29,982 bases of DNA. Source: Gammaproteobacteria bacterium (GTDB lineage: Bacteria > Pseudomonadota > Gammaproteobacteria > PS1 > Pseudothioglobaceae). Made by a program: the position numbers and the translations under genes. This document shows, piece by piece, positions 29,759 to 29,982 of this stretch. The stretch's first letter is position 1. The number at the start of each line of letters is the position of its first letter. The notes beneath the pieces were generated by a model. It searched no databases. It saw only the letters and a list, made by a program, of their open reading frames with translations, and was not told the origin of the DNA. The stretch is taken from contig JAPYQD010000001.1 of NCBI GenBank assembly GCA_029937335.1, positions 1-29,982 of the forward strand, written 5' to 3'.

Positions 29759-29982
29759 TTATGCTGAGCAACTTTGTTGCTCTTAGCAGAACTTATACCT
29801 TTAGGTGTTAAAGGGTACTTTTCACCAAACTCTTTGTTGTCGAAATTCTCAAAAATAGTCACTTATAAATTATAAGCTCCTACTTTTTCCAATTCCTTAC
29901 GCCTCGATTTTGAACAAAAATCTCCATTTTAAAGCCAATAAAATAACATTTTTATCTAAAAATTTAGAAAATTTTTAATATT

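Overview
AT-rich, densely coding core-genome segment of a gammaproteobacterium. The type I sulfide:quinone oxidoreductase points to a sulfur oxidizer; a SUP05/Thioglobaceae-like identity is my inference and was not tested. Gene order: erpA (partial)-argC-accC-accB-aroQ-dsbD-adk-grpE (all minus); nadK-recN (plus); sqr (minus), divergent from a complete atpIBEFHAGDC operon (plus); ogt-like, kdsC, ampD, a TauD/TfdA-like dioxygenase, yidC, yidD, rnpA, rpmH (all minus); dprA-smg-topA, two uncharacterized ORFs (60 aa and 238 aa), trpF, trpB (plus); then an AT-rich tail. No rRNA, tRNA, CRISPR array, transposase or phage gene was seen. The best candidate for an undescribed system is the 60 aa + 238 aa pair, possibly together with the orphan TauD-like dioxygenase. 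From memory these resemble uncharacterized families found near reverse-Dsr loci of sulfur oxidizers; this needs a database check. Other points: two near-consensus FNR-type boxes in the sqr/atp divergent promoter, an 85-bp folded palindrome directly upstream of the TauD-like gene, a DsbD with a duplicated N-terminal domain, a Zn-LID adenylate kinase, a TopA without zinc ribbons that looks Bacteroidetes-like, and a broken-up oriC neighbourhood (rpmH not paired with dnaA).
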